A stretch of 64,000 bases of DNA, taken from positions 1-64,000 of the IMG/VR virus record IMGVR_UViG_3300001605_000013; one strand, 5' to 3'. This DNA comes from an uncultured virus (IMG/VR IMGVR_UViG_3300001605_000013) (Duplodnaviria; Heunggongvirae; Uroviricota; Caudoviricetes). The notes beneath the pieces were generated by a model that worked only from the letters and a program-made list of their open reading frames with translations, did not search any database and was not told where the DNA came from. The first letter of the stretch is position 1; every line of letters starts with the position of its first letter. This document shows positions 9,619 to 20,290 of this stretch, one piece after another. Position numbers and translations under genes: made by a program.

Positions 9619-10535
9619 TGCCTTGGAATATTCGTGTTGGTGGAACTTGGAAATCTCCAAGTGCTGGATGGGTCAAGGTGGCAGGAACTTGGAAGCAAGT
9701 TGAGTATGCCTATGTTAAAGTTGGTGGTGTATGGAAGCAGGTATATGCTAATTTTAATGCTGCCAGTGGTGGAACAGTAACTACAGTAACTAACTATAAC
9801 GGTACTGGTCAGACTTGGAAAGTTCACAGATTTACTTCTACTGGGACTCTTACAGTAACGAGTAGTCCACAACCATTTAGCGTACTCCTTGTCGGTGGTG
9901 GCGGTGGAGCAGCACTCGATGCCGCAGCAGATGATGAGGCTGGCGGCGGTGGTGGTGGTGGTGTTTACAGCAATACTTCTGTAATGCTATCAAATACAGC
10001 ATATACCGCTACGGTAGGTGGTGGAGGAGCACTAAACGCAACAGGGGGAACATCTTCTTTTAGTTCTTATTCAGCATCAGGTGGAGTCCGAGCAAACGTG
10101 TTTTCTGGAGGCGCGTCTGGAAACGGATTCTCAGGAGGAGCAGGAGGCAATGCCAACGGTGGAGGCGGCGCAGGATCAGGTCAAGCTGGGTTCCAAGGCT
10201 ATGACTGGTTTGGAGGGGACGGTGGAAACGGAGTTCAAAATAATATAACTGGAGCAAACCTCTACTACGGTGGAGGCGGCGGATCAAGTGGTATTAAAGG
10301 AGCTGGACGTACCGATGGTTGGGATGTGGCAAAACAATTTTGTCGTAGGCCAGAAAGACGCTCCCCTACATCCTCAACTTTGGCTGCTGGTGGCGAGGGC
10401 GGTGGTGGAGGTTTGGGTAGTGATAGCATGTTTGGAACCAATGGTCTTGGTGGCGGAGGCGGCGGCTATGGAACATTTGGTACTTCTGGTACTGGCGGCA
10501 GCGGCGTAGTTATCATTTCTTATAGAGTTGAATAG
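9618..10535 (+). CDS. Glycine-rich putative receptor-binding adhesin
   Basis: Three N-terminal [VI][KR]VxGxWK repeats, then VHRFTSTG, LLVGGGGG, YYGGGGG, GLGGGGGG, GGSGVVIISY. Confidence 0.7.
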   Translation: MPWNIRVGGTWKSPSAGWVKVAGTWKQVEYAYVKVGGVWKQVYANFNAASGGTVTTVTNYNGTGQTWKVHRFTSTGTLTVTSSPQPFSVLLVGGGGGAALDAAADDEAGGGGGGGVYSNTSVMLSNTAYTATVGGGGALNATGGTSSFSSYSASGGVRANVFSGGASGNGFSGGAGGNANGGGGAGSGQAGFQGYDWFGGDGGNGVQNNITGANLYYGGGGGSSGIKGAGRTDGWDVAKQFCRRPERRSPTSSTLAAGGEGGGGGLGSDSMFGTNGLGGGGGGYGTFGTSGTGGSGVVIISYRVE

Positions 10536-10680
10536 AAAAACAAATAGATATAATAATTTAGTATTGTTATACTTATCACTTAAATAAATAGCACCACATG
10601 TCTATATTTTTATTGCAGGTTGCAAAATAAGTTGATACAATAGGGATTCACATTATATTTTTAAAAGGAAGGTTTTTTAT

Positions 10681-12630
10681 ATGTCATTTATTGAATCAGA
10701 TGGATCAATTTCAGATCCATACCGCAACTTTATTGCAGTTTCACGTTACAGCAGGTGGATAGAAAATCAGGGTAGAAGGGAAACGTGGTCTGAGACAGTA
10801 GAAAGATATATTGACTTCATGAAAGATCATCTTGTTAAGAATTATAACTACAAACAAGACGACATCAAGTTTGCTCAAGTAAAAGATGCCATATTAAATC
10901 ATAAGGTTATGCCATCAATGAGATCTTTGATGACAGCAGGGCCAGCACTTGAAAGAGATAATATCGCAGCATACAACTGTTCTTTTATTGCAGTAGATAG
11001 CCTAAGAGCTTTTGATGAGGCAATGTATATCCTGATGAATGGAACAGGGGTTGGGTTTTCTGTTGAGCAGAAGTACGTTAGCAATCTTCCAGTAATTGCA
11101 GAAGAATTGTTTGCAACCAACACTACCATTGTCGTTGAAGATTCAAAGCTCGGTTGGGCTAAAGCATACAAAGAGCTTATTGGTCTTTTAGTTACTGGAC
11201 AGATTCCAGAATGGGACATGTCAAAGGTTCGTCCAGCAGGAGCGAGACTAAAAACATTTGGTGGTCGTGCTTCAGGACCAGAACCCCTGAATGATCTTTT
11301 TAAGTTTACAGTGGAGCAGTTTAAAATTGCCGCTGGAAGGCGTTTAAAGCCTATTGAGGCTCACGATATAATGTGTAAGGTTGGAGAGGTGGTAGTTGTT
11401 GGCGGAGTCCGTAGATCTGCCTTAATTTCCCTTTCTAACCTAGATGACTTTGAAATGGCTAAGGCTAAATCTGGTCAATGGTGGGAGACAGAAGGACAAA
11501 GAGCATTAGCCAACAACTCAGCGGTATATAACGCTAAACCAAATACTGCTCAATTCCTTCGTGAATGGCGTAACCTTTATGAATCAAAATCAGGTGAGCG
11601 TGGTATCTACAATATGGATTCTGTTCGTAAGCATATTGATAAGTTTGGTCGTAGAGATTCCAGCAAGGTAACAGGAACAAATCCTTGTGGAGAAATTCTT
11701 CTTCGTGCAAATGAATTTTGCAACCTAACAGAGGTAGTAATAGATGCAAATGACACAGAAGAAACACTAAGAGACAAGATTAGACTTGCTACCATTCTAG
11801 GAACCTGGCAGTCTAGTTTGACTAACTTTAAGTATATCCGTAAGTCGTGGAAAGATAACTGTGAAGAGGAAAGACTACTTGGAGTCTCCCTGACTGGAAT
11901 ATTTGGAAACCCAATAACAGGAACAGTTCATAAAGGTTTATCAGAGATGTTGGATCGACTCCGCGAGTCCTCTATTGAAATAAACAAAAATGAGGCAGAA
12001 GTTTTAGGTATTAATCCATCTGTGGCAATTACAACAGTAAAGCCTTCTGGTACTGTTTCTCAGCTAACTGGTGTATCAAGTGGAATTCACCCATGGTATT
12101 CAGAATATTATATCCGTACTGTTCGTGCAGACAACAAAGATCCTCTTACCACCTTCTTAAAGGACTTTAATGTTCCTCATGAGCCAGATGTAATGAAACC
12201 AGACACAACTACAGTCTTTTCTTTTCCAGTAAAAGCTCCAAAAAATGCAGTAGTGACAAAAGATCTTTCAGCTATTGAACATCTAGAGGTTTGGAAGGTA
12301 TACAGGACTCATTGGACAGAGCACAACCCATCTGTCACAATTAATGTAAAAGAAGATGAGTGGTTGGACGTAGGGGCCTGGGTGTTTAAGAATTTTGATT
12401 CGATTGGCGGGGTTTCTTTTCTTCCAGCATCAGAGCATACCTATAAGCAAGCACCCTATCAAGAAATTTCAGAAAAAGAATATAAAGATTTAGTATCTAA
12501 AATGCCAAAAAGAATTCCTTGGGAATCACTTTCTTTGTATGAGTTAGAAGATGGCACTAGTGGCTCTCAAGAATTAGCATGTAGTAGTTCCCTAGGATGT
12601 GAAGTTGTAGATCTAACAAGTGCCATGTAG
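10681..12630 (+). CDS. nrdJ: Class II (adenosylcobalamin-dependent) ribonucleotide reductase
   Basis: MPSMR, YNCSF, GTGVGFS, GGVRRSA, TNPCGEI, FCNLTEV, TTVKPSGT, C-terminal Cys pair; no small subunit gene adjacent. Confidence 0.93.
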   Translation: MSFIESDGSISDPYRNFIAVSRYSRWIENQGRRETWSETVERYIDFMKDHLVKNYNYKQDDIKFAQVKDAILNHKVMPSMRSLMTAGPALERDNIAAYNCSFIAVDSLRAFDEAMYILMNGTGVGFSVEQKYVSNLPVIAEELFATNTTIVVEDSKLGWAKAYKELIGLLVTGQIPEWDMSKVRPAGARLKTFGGRASGPEPLNDLFKFTVEQFKIAAGRRLKPIEAHDIMCKVGEVVVVGGVRRSALISLSNLDDFEMAKAKSGQWWETEGQRALANNSAVYNAKPNTAQFLREWRNLYESKSGERGIYNMDSVRKHIDKFGRRDSSKVTGTNPCGEILLRANEFCNLTEVVIDANDTEETLRDKIRLATILGTWQSSLTNFKYIRKSWKDNCEEERLLGVSLTGIFGNPITGTVHKGLSEMLDRLRESSIEINKNEAEVLGINPSVAITTVKPSGTVSQLTGVSSGIHPWYSEYYIRTVRADNKDPLTTFLKDFNVPHEPDVMKPDTTTVFSFPVKAPKNAVVTKDLSAIEHLEVWKVYRTHWTEHNPSVTINVKEDEWLDVGAWVFKNFDSIGGVSFLPASEHTYKQAPYQEISEKEYKDLVSKMPKRIPWESLSLYELEDGTSGSQELACSSSLGCEVVDLTSAM

Positions 12631-12649
12631 CATGTGATATAATAATTTA

Positions 12650-13147
12650 ATGTCAAGAAATTGGAAGTGGTTTTCGCAAGAAGAGATAGCCGCTTGGCCT
12701 AAAAATCATAAGGTTTGCAGAAAGTGTTTTGAGGTTAAGCCTTTTTCTTTTTTTCACAAAAACGATAATGGTAAGCAACTCTTTGGCCTATCTTCTGACT
12801 GCAAAGAGTGTAGAAAAGCAAAGTCAAAATCTGATTGGCAAAAAAACAAGACAAATATTAAAAAAAATATATTGCAAAGATCAAAGTCTAGAGCAAAGGC
12901 AAAAGGAATACCTTTTAACCTGTCTGAAGATGATATAGTTATTCCAGATATGTGTCCAGTATTTGGAAAGCCCTTTATCTTAAATGACCGTGAATGGACA
13001 TACTCATTAGACAGAATCATTCCAGAACTTGGATACGTTAAGGGCAATGTTTTGATTGTGTCAAACAAAGCAAATAATATAAAAAGTGATGCCAGACCAG
13101 AGGACATAATTGCCGTAGGAACTTTTTATCAAAATCTTATTAAATAG
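12650..13147 (+). CDS. Putative HNH-family homing endonuclease
   Basis: CRKC...CKEC; CPVFG...SLDRIIPELGYVKGNVLIVSNKANNIK. Confidence 0.75.
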   Translation: MSRNWKWFSQEEIAAWPKNHKVCRKCFEVKPFSFFHKNDNGKQLFGLSSDCKECRKAKSKSDWQKNKTNIKKNILQRSKSRAKAKGIPFNLSEDDIVIPDMCPVFGKPFILNDREWTYSLDRIIPELGYVKGNVLIVSNKANNIKSDARPEDIIAVGTFYQNLIK

Positions 13148-13157
13148 GTCGGATGTG

Positions 13158-13188
13158 AAGGGGGGTAGGGTAAAAACCTACCCCTCTT
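13158..13188 (+). terminator. GC-rich hairpin abutting an extended -10
   Basis: AAGGGGGGTAGG / CCTACCCCTCTT, then TGCTATAAT at 13189-13197. Confidence 0.65.
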
Positions 13189-13212
13189 TGCTATAATTAA
13201 GCAGGAGAACAT

Positions 13213-16200
13213 ATGAGCGTTGTTTCGAACTTTTATGCAGCAAAAGCATACTCAGAGCATCCCATTGCTATTTGGCCTTTAGATGATGATGTTTCTTATA
13301 TTTCTTTAATAGACGATCAGCAAAGAACTTTTGAAGTAGGAGTATCTCCCTATCCAGGATGGTCTATAGCAAATGGATCTGCCAATGATGAATTACCGTT
13401 GCCAGATGAGGGATCTCCATTTAGCAGTGACATCTATGCGGGAATTCAAGGAAGCGTCCCCATTTCTGACGGAACAGTAATCGAGGCAATAAGCCCAGAT
13501 TTATTCTTGTTTAGTAGTTGTAATGAAGATCTAGAAACTTTTTGTATAAGTATGTATGTTTATCAAAGCTCCAACTATATAACAAATTATGAAATTGGTT
13601 ATGAATATTATGATGATGACACATCATCTTGGATACAGGTTTTATCAGATTTTACTCCTTTAGAAAGATCTGGATGGATACATTTACAAGATACCTTTGT
13701 TATTCAAGAGTTTGACTCAGACTATTGTAGGTTAATATTTAGAGCAACAGTAAATACTGGAGGGACTTCAGGAGACTATGACTTTATATTTAATGGAATT
13801 ACTGTTGGGCAGTGGTCAGAGCCATACATATCTAGAAGTCTTGGAGTAAACCTTCAATCAGCACCAGTATCTTCTGGACTTTCTTTAGAGGCTACTTCAG
13901 CAGATCAATATGGACTCCTATCTGATTATGCCTACTATTTATCTGAAGATGGAAATATTTTAGCAAAAAATACAGGGATACCTATGATCTTTGGATCTGA
14001 AAATGTTACAAGGTTATATCCGTCAACAGATGGGTCCCCCTCTATGATATTTCCCAACAAAACTATGTTTACTGATTTTGGAAGATATAGAGATTTTACT
14101 TTTGAAACATGGATAAAAATAAGGCCAGTCACAAAAGAATCAAGAAAAATACTTGGCCCCATAGATACAGATGATGGAGTTTATGTAAATGAAGGATTTA
14201 TTACCCTTGTAATAAATAAAGTTTTTGTTTCTCACAATATTTCTGAATGGTATAGGCCAATGCTTCTTCACGTTGTTATAAAAGATGAAAACATATCCAT
14301 GTTTATTAATGGAGAACAGGTGGGACAAATTACTGTAGATAAAGAATCTCTTTCTTTATCAGAAAGTGATTGGATAGGTTTTTATTCTTATTCAGATTTT
14401 GACATGTTAGAAATAGACTGCGTATCGATATTTCCATATGCAGTACCTTTGCAAGTGGCAAGAAAAAGATTTGTTTGGGGTCAAGGAACAGATCCCATAG
14501 AGTTAATCAACGACTCTTTTGATGGTGAGGAAGCTGTTATTCAGTTTTCTAATGCAAACTATAGCAACAATATCATCTATCCAGACAGAGAAAGGTGGGA
14601 TGCAGGATATTATAACAATTTGCTAGCAAACACAAACTCTATTTCTGTTCCAGAATACTCGTTGCCAGACATATATTTAGGAGGTAGGGACAGAACAGAG
14701 TGGTACTCAGATAACAAGAGTCTTAATGATTTACTTTATCCTTTAAGTGATCACCCCCTGTTCTTTTCTTTTAGACCAAACATAGAGGATTCTTTGTGGG
14801 AGCCAGTTAATGGAACAAACTGGACAGAACAATGCTATCTAAACTTTAATACCTTATCTTTTCTTACTAGCCCAATAAGTTCTTTGTATGGAATTTTTGA
14901 GGTAGAAGAAGAAGTAAATTCATCAAGACCTCTAATACATATATTAAATACTTTAAACGGGAAAAGATTTGAAATAAATATTGATGGATATGAGGTAACG
15001 TATATTTTTGATGGTCAAGAGCTAGATGGAACATCAGTAACAGTGGATACGAGCCATTTTGTTGTTGGTTTTCATATACCTACAATATCTCAATCTTTTA
15101 ATTTTGAATTATCATCATTTTTTGGAGCACCAGACTTATTAAAAGTTTTTATCGGTGGAGATGGATCTACCACCTTTGAAGGAAAAATATACAGGATTGG
15201 ATTCTCAGATCAATCTAATTTTGAAGAAATTTCACAAAACTTTGACGCAGATACGGGGATAGTGAATTATGACGATGATGATTTGCTTGAGGGGCACTAT
15301 GCTTCATACACTCTCTCTCCATTTTTTAGATACAATACATACTTCTTGGATATTTCAGTATCAGCACAATGGGAGGAATATTTTCCTTTATCTTCTTTTG
15401 CATCATATATAACAAAAAGAGATGGATCTAGATCTTATGATCTTGATTATCTTCAGATAAATTACGGGTATCCGTCATTGATAGAAATTGTAGAGGCATC
15501 TGTTGACAACCCAGACTGGACATATCAAGAATTATTTGATGCATACAATGATCCAACACAAAAAAGTTACGAGATATTAGATAATGCAATTTTAAGCGGA
15601 TATACAAGTTATGCAGATCTAGCAAACAATATAATTACAGAATATGAAATAGATACCAGTGGATCTTCTTTAAGCTCCTATGTAACCTTTCAGCTACTTG
15701 CTGAAGGAGCAGACGAGCCGTTGTCTAGCTTCATTGATACCAAGAATTTAACTGACTCCTATACGATATATGCAGAAAATGAAAATACAAATATTTCTCC
15801 TTATAAAGCATATACAACAAAATTTAGAATAGTTGATGGAACAATAATATATCCTCCAAAAAGAATAAAATTTGAGGATGTAGCCATGGTGGTTCACTTT
15901 GATATACAACAAGATGGAATAATCAGCAATCCACTAAAAGTTAGGAACCTAGAGATTACGGCAAAATCCTTAAATGAAAATGGATTAACTCCTATAGGAA
16001 CCAGAAGTGGAATGAACTTGTACCCATATTTAAAAACTGGTATATATTACAGCGGTAAATCAAAAAACCCATTCTTAATTGGAAAAGATAATTTACCATA
16101 TTTATACTTAACGGAAAAAACTGGGATTAGGGTTTTAGAAACAGATGCAGAAAAAGAGTATGGTGTTTTAGTTCCAATAAATCAAAACGAAAGTTTAAAC

Positions 16201-16881
16201 TATTCTCTTGGTGCTGTGCAAATGTTTATGAAGTATGATGTTATGCATCCAGTATCAACATCACAAGCTGTTTTTACTCTAGAGCATTCAGATGGTGTGA
16301 TAGAATTTTTGATTACTCCAGATCAAACAGCCAAAAGATTCTACCTAAGCTCTAGAGATCAGAGAACCAACCAAGAATACTCTAATTTGATTTTTTATCA
16401 AAATGGCATACCTGTTGAAAATCCATATATATTAAGGAATGAGTGGAACTCTATATCTTTTTCATTTAGAACTCCTTTAGATTTTTCAGGAAAGTCTGGG
16501 TCCTTAAGCATTCTTTATGGTGCAAGATTTAACAATATATCATTCTTTAAGTCAACTGGTCTTAACGAGTTTGGGGTTATTATTCCAAGGATTTGGTCAG
16601 ATATTCTTTATGGAGATCAAGAAATTGATCCGTTAAATATAGTTGACTGGAAAGAGTGGTACGATGAAAATGGATCTCTTGCAATTCCCAATGAGTGGAA
16701 AGATGTCTATACTCTAGAGGAAGCAACTGAATTTTCTATAACTCCATCAGATATTTATTCAGCTTATTGTGGAACAAACATCGTTGTTTCTGATGACAAC
16801 ATGGGGATGTCGTTAGAAGAAGACTATTTTACAGTTTTTGCAGATCAAAGTTGGTTAAAAATAACACAAAAACCAACATAA
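13213..16881 (+). CDS. Large acidic putative virion protein with LamG/ConA-like segment
   Basis: 1222 aa; HPIAIWPLDD; FTFETWIK...LHVVIK....SMFINGEQV. Confidence 0.55.
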   Translation: MSVVSNFYAAKAYSEHPIAIWPLDDDVSYISLIDDQQRTFEVGVSPYPGWSIANGSANDELPLPDEGSPFSSDIYAGIQGSVPISDGTVIEAISPDLFLFSSCNEDLETFCISMYVYQSSNYITNYEIGYEYYDDDTSSWIQVLSDFTPLERSGWIHLQDTFVIQEFDSDYCRLIFRATVNTGGTSGDYDFIFNGITVGQWSEPYISRSLGVNLQSAPVSSGLSLEATSADQYGLLSDYAYYLSEDGNILAKNTGIPMIFGSENVTRLYPSTDGSPSMIFPNKTMFTDFGRYRDFTFETWIKIRPVTKESRKILGPIDTDDGVYVNEGFITLVINKVFVSHNISEWYRPMLLHVVIKDENISMFINGEQVGQITVDKESLSLSESDWIGFYSYSDFDMLEIDCVSIFPYAVPLQVARKRFVWGQGTDPIELINDSFDGEEAVIQFSNANYSNNIIYPDRERWDAGYYNNLLANTNSISVPEYSLPDIYLGGRDRTEWYSDNKSLNDLLYPLSDHPLFFSFRPNIEDSLWEPVNGTNWTEQCYLNFNTLSFLTSPISSLYGIFEVEEEVNSSRPLIHILNTLNGKRFEINIDGYEVTYIFDGQELDGTSVTVDTSHFVVGFHIPTISQSFNFELSSFFGAPDLLKVFIGGDGSTTFEGKIYRIGFSDQSNFEEISQNFDADTGIVNYDDDDLLEGHYASYTLSPFFRYNTYFLDISVSAQWEEYFPLSSFASYITKRDGSRSYDLDYLQINYGYPSLIEIVEASVDNPDWTYQELFDAYNDPTQKSYEILDNAILSGYTSYADLANNIITEYEIDTSGSSLSSYVTFQLLAEGADEPLSSFIDTKNLTDSYTIYAENENTNISPYKAYTTKFRIVDGTIIYPPKRIKFEDVAMVVHFDIQQDGIISNPLKVRNLEITAKSLNENGLTPIGTRSGMNLYPYLKTGIYYSGKSKNPFLIGKDNLPYLYLTEKTGIRVLETDAEKEYGVLVPINQNESLNYSLGAVQMFMKYDVMHPVSTSQAVFTLEHSDGVIEFLITPDQTAKRFYLSSRDQRTNQEYSNLIFYQNGIPVENPYILRNEWNSISFSFRTPLDFSGKSGSLSILYGARFNNISFFKSTGLNEFGVIIPRIWSDILYGDQEIDPLNIVDWKEWYDENGSLAIPNEWKDVYTLEEATEFSITPSDIYSAYCGTNIVVSDDNMGMSLEEDYFTVFADQSWLKITQKPT

Positions 16882-16898
16882 TCTGCTATAATTTAACC

Positions 16899-17267
16899 AT
16901 GGGTAACACAAAAAAAACAAAACTTGGTAAATCTAAAGCCACTTTCATACCAAAAGCATACGATTGGGGTCTATACTTTTGGAGACTTCCAAACGGTCAT
17001 CTATTCCATGATGGAGATGGAAACTTATTAAATATCCCATCAATGAAAAATGATCTTGGAAAAATTTCTGAAATAAGAAAGGCAGCAGCCCACTTTGGTC
17101 AACCAGATGGAGAACCTTGGTTTTATCCAGGGATTAAAAGAGCAACTGATGAAGAGTATTCTGAACAAGTAGAAAGAATGAAGAGCGGTTTAATACCAAA
17201 TCTTAATGATCTTGGTGCAGTTAGCGATGCTCAAAAAACATTAGCTCAGTATGGAGACCAAGAATAA
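16899..17267 (+). CDS. Hypothetical protein upstream of portal
   Basis: Start placed at ATG 16899, 6 nt after TGCTATAAT; TAATG-coupled to portal. Confidence 0.7.
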   Translation: MGNTKKTKLGKSKATFIPKAYDWGLYFWRLPNGHLFHDGDGNLLNIPSMKNDLGKISEIRKAAAHFGQPDGEPWFYPGIKRATDEEYSEQVERMKSGLIPNLNDLGAVSDAQKTLAQYGDQE

Positions 17268-18898
17268 TGATGGATGAGAGAATAATTATTAAATATTCTG
17301 ATGACCTTGAAATCTCAGATGAATTTAAAGATAAAGACCCTTTTAGCAAATCCTGGGATGATCTAAAAGATCTTTCAGGAATTAACATGAACTTTAAGCG
17401 TAGAACGACCAGAGCAGAAAACAAAATAGAAAAAGCAATTAGTGGAATTCCTACAGATAGAAATGGTCAGGTTGTAGGTCCCTATGCTGATTCTGCTGGT
17501 GTTAGATCAAGAGGTATAGAAGGTGTACAAACAAAGCAAATAAACCCAGGAGAGGTTTATAGGAATGGTTATGGTGTTTTTGATGTCATCACTCCTCCAT
17601 ATAATCTTTATGAATTAGCAAGTTTTTATGATACAAACTTTGCAAACCATGCCGCGATTGATGCGAAAGTTGCAAACACAGTGGGACTTGGTTACAGATT
17701 TGAGACAAGTCCAGATGTTGTTTTTAGACTGGAAAATATGGAAAATCAAAGCGCAATGGATAAGGCAAAAAAAAGAGTAGATAGAATTAAGGCAGAGGCT
17801 ATAGAATGGCTAGAAAGCCTTAATGATGATGACAGCTTTGTAACAACAATGGAAAAGATTATTTTAGATTTAGAGTCAACTGGAAATGGATACATGGAGG
17901 TTGGTAGAACCGTAAGTGGAGATATTGGGTATATCGGGCACATTCCATCGACAACAATGAGAGTTAGAAGAATTAAAGATGGCTTTACTCAGATTGTTAG
18001 CGGTAGGGTGGTTTACTTTAGAAACTTTAATGCAACAAACCCAAATCCTATTACAGATGATCCAAGGCCAAATGAAGTTATTCATTTTAAAGCATATTCA
18101 CCACTAAATACATTCTATGGAGTTCCAGATATTCTTTCCGCATACCTTTCTTTGAAGGGGGATCAGCTTGCTGCTCAATTCAATATAGATTATTTTGAGA
18201 ATAAAGCAGTTCCAAGATATATCGTAGTTGTTAAGGGAGCAAAGCTTGATAGTGAATCAGAGGACAGACTTTTTAGATTTTTACAGACTGGACTCAAGGG
18301 TCAAAATCACAGAACTTTGTATGTGCCACTTCCTGCAGATCAAGACGGCAATAAAATTGATTTCCAAATGGTACCAATTGAGGCAAATGTTCAAGAGGCT
18401 TCTTTTAGTGACTATCATGAAAAAAATCGTAACGATATTCTCATGGCTCACCAAGTTCCCCTATCTAAGCTAGGAGGAGTAGATTCTGGTGGCCTTGCTG
18501 CTGCTTTGTCACAAGACAGAACCTTTAAGGAACAGGTTACTCGTCCAGCACAAAGATATATAGAAAAAATGGTAAATAAGATAGTAAAAAGCATGACTGA
18601 CATCGTAAAGCTCAAGTTTAATGAACTTACCCTTACAGATGAAATTTCCCAGTCTCAAATTATTGAAAGATATATTAAAACTCAGGTCATCACACCCAAT
18701 GAAGCAAGAGAACAGCTTGGTATGACGCAAAGATCTGGTGGAGATGAAGTCTTTGAAATGGCTCCAAGGCAAGCAACTGACGCTAGAGCAAATCTTGCAG
18801 GCAACAGAGAAAGAGATTCAGAAAGAATGAACAACAACTCTGACAGTGTTGCAACAACTACTGGAAGAAATGCAAAAGGTGAGGGAAGAAGGGTATAG
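17267..18898 (+). CDS. Portal protein
   Basis: DLESTGNGYMEV, NEVIHFK, FYGVPDI, YFENKAVP, ILMAHQVP, ITPNEAREQLG. Confidence 0.92.
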   Translation: MMDERIIIKYSDDLEISDEFKDKDPFSKSWDDLKDLSGINMNFKRRTTRAENKIEKAISGIPTDRNGQVVGPYADSAGVRSRGIEGVQTKQINPGEVYRNGYGVFDVITPPYNLYELASFYDTNFANHAAIDAKVANTVGLGYRFETSPDVVFRLENMENQSAMDKAKKRVDRIKAEAIEWLESLNDDDSFVTTMEKIILDLESTGNGYMEVGRTVSGDIGYIGHIPSTTMRVRRIKDGFTQIVSGRVVYFRNFNATNPNPITDDPRPNEVIHFKAYSPLNTFYGVPDILSAYLSLKGDQLAAQFNIDYFENKAVPRYIVVVKGAKLDSESEDRLFRFLQTGLKGQNHRTLYVPLPADQDGNKIDFQMVPIEANVQEASFSDYHEKNRNDILMAHQVPLSKLGGVDSGGLAAALSQDRTFKEQVTRPAQRYIEKMVNKIVKSMTDIVKLKFNELTLTDEISQSQIIERYIKTQVITPNEAREQLGMTQRSGGDEVFEMAPRQATDARANLAGNRERDSERMNNNSDSVATTTGRNAKGEGRRV

Positions 18899-18935
18899 TA
18901 ACAATTTAATAAATTGTTGGTATAATAGTAACAGT

Positions 18936-20260
18936 ATGGACATATCTAAAGCACAATGGACATCAGAAGGAAATAGTTTAAGACTCTCTATGCCTATTGC
19001 AAAAATAGACAAAGAGCGTAGAACTGTGTCTGGATTTGCTACGTTAGACAACGTAGACAGACAGGGAGACATCGTTCCCGCTGAGGCAAGCGTTAAGGCT
19101 TTCGAAAAATTCCGTGGGAACATTAGAGAAATGCATGATGACAAAAAAGCAGTGGGAAAGCTGGTGTCAATTTAAAGAAGTATTCTTTTTACGATCAAGA
19201 AACTGGAAAACTATACNAAGNAGTTTTTGTTTCTGCATATGTAAGTAAGGGTGCTCAAGTATAACTTGGGAAAAGGTTCTTGATGGTACATTGACAGGTC
19301 TTTTCAATTGGCGGTAGCGTAAAAGATTATGAGGATACATTCGATGGGGATGTTGAAAAGTCAGTTAGAATTATAAAAGAGTATGATCTTTTTGAACTAT
19401 CTTTGGTTGACAACCCTGCAAATCAGTATGCAAATGTCATCAGTATTGAAAAGGGGCACACTGGAGGGTATCTTTCTAAGGCTCTCATTGAAAACGTATT
19501 CTGGTGCGGAGATGATGATATTGTTCAGCTATCTGCCAATAGCGCATCAGAATGCCCAAGGTGCGATAAAAACATGAACAACATTGGTTTTGTTGAAACT
19601 AATGACGCACAGAAGGCAGAGGTAGTAAAGTCTATTCTTTCTACTATCAAAAATGATGCAAAGGAGGTAAGCAAGATGGAAAATGAAGTAATCGAAAAAA
19701 CTGAAGTTGTAGAAGAGTCTTCAGAGGTTGTTGTTGAAGAATCAGTAGAAACCGCTGTAGAAAATTCTATCGAAAAATCAGTTGAAGAAGATTCTGTAGA
19801 AAAGTCAGATTCAGAAGAAGTTGATAAGGCTGTTGCTCCAGGAGCAACTGCTGCAATGGAAGATGAGGATGAGGAGATGGATGAGGAAGACACTCCCGAT
19901 GAAATGAAAGGCAACATGAAGAAGTCTGATGAGGAAGAAATGGCTAAGGCATATGCTGAAAGCATTGAAACCACAAAGGCAATTGCTGATCAAATGAACT
20001 CTACAATGAATACACTTGCTGAAACCATTAAGGCTCTTAATGAGAAGGTAGAAGAACTCAATAAGACTGTTTCTGGTGTAAAGCAAGAAGTTAATGAAGT
20101 AAAAAATGAATTTGGAAAGCGAGTTGACGCAGTGGAAAAAGATACTGCTTTCCGTAAGTCTGGCGATCTTGGAGAGATCGTGCAGGAGCCAATTTTCGAA
20201 AAGGCTCAAAAACCACTATGGGGTGGACGTTTCCTCACAAAGTCCGACCTATTCTCATAA
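18936..20260 (+). CDS. Prohead protease fused to zinc-ribbon and scaffold (indels at ~19170-19300)
   Basis: RTVSGFATLDNVDRQGD, IREMH, degraded F-S-I-G-G region, ELSLVDNPAN; C...CPRC; acidic coiled-coil tail; between portal and capsid. Confidence 0.85.
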
Positions 20261-20290
20261 TAATAAAACAAATAATGGAGGTGAAAAACA

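Noticed and set aside
10536..10680. Cobalamin riboswitch or NrdR box upstream of nrdJ
   Set aside because: Region is short and AT-rich without riboswitch stems; only a weak partial NrdR-like match (CACCACATGT).
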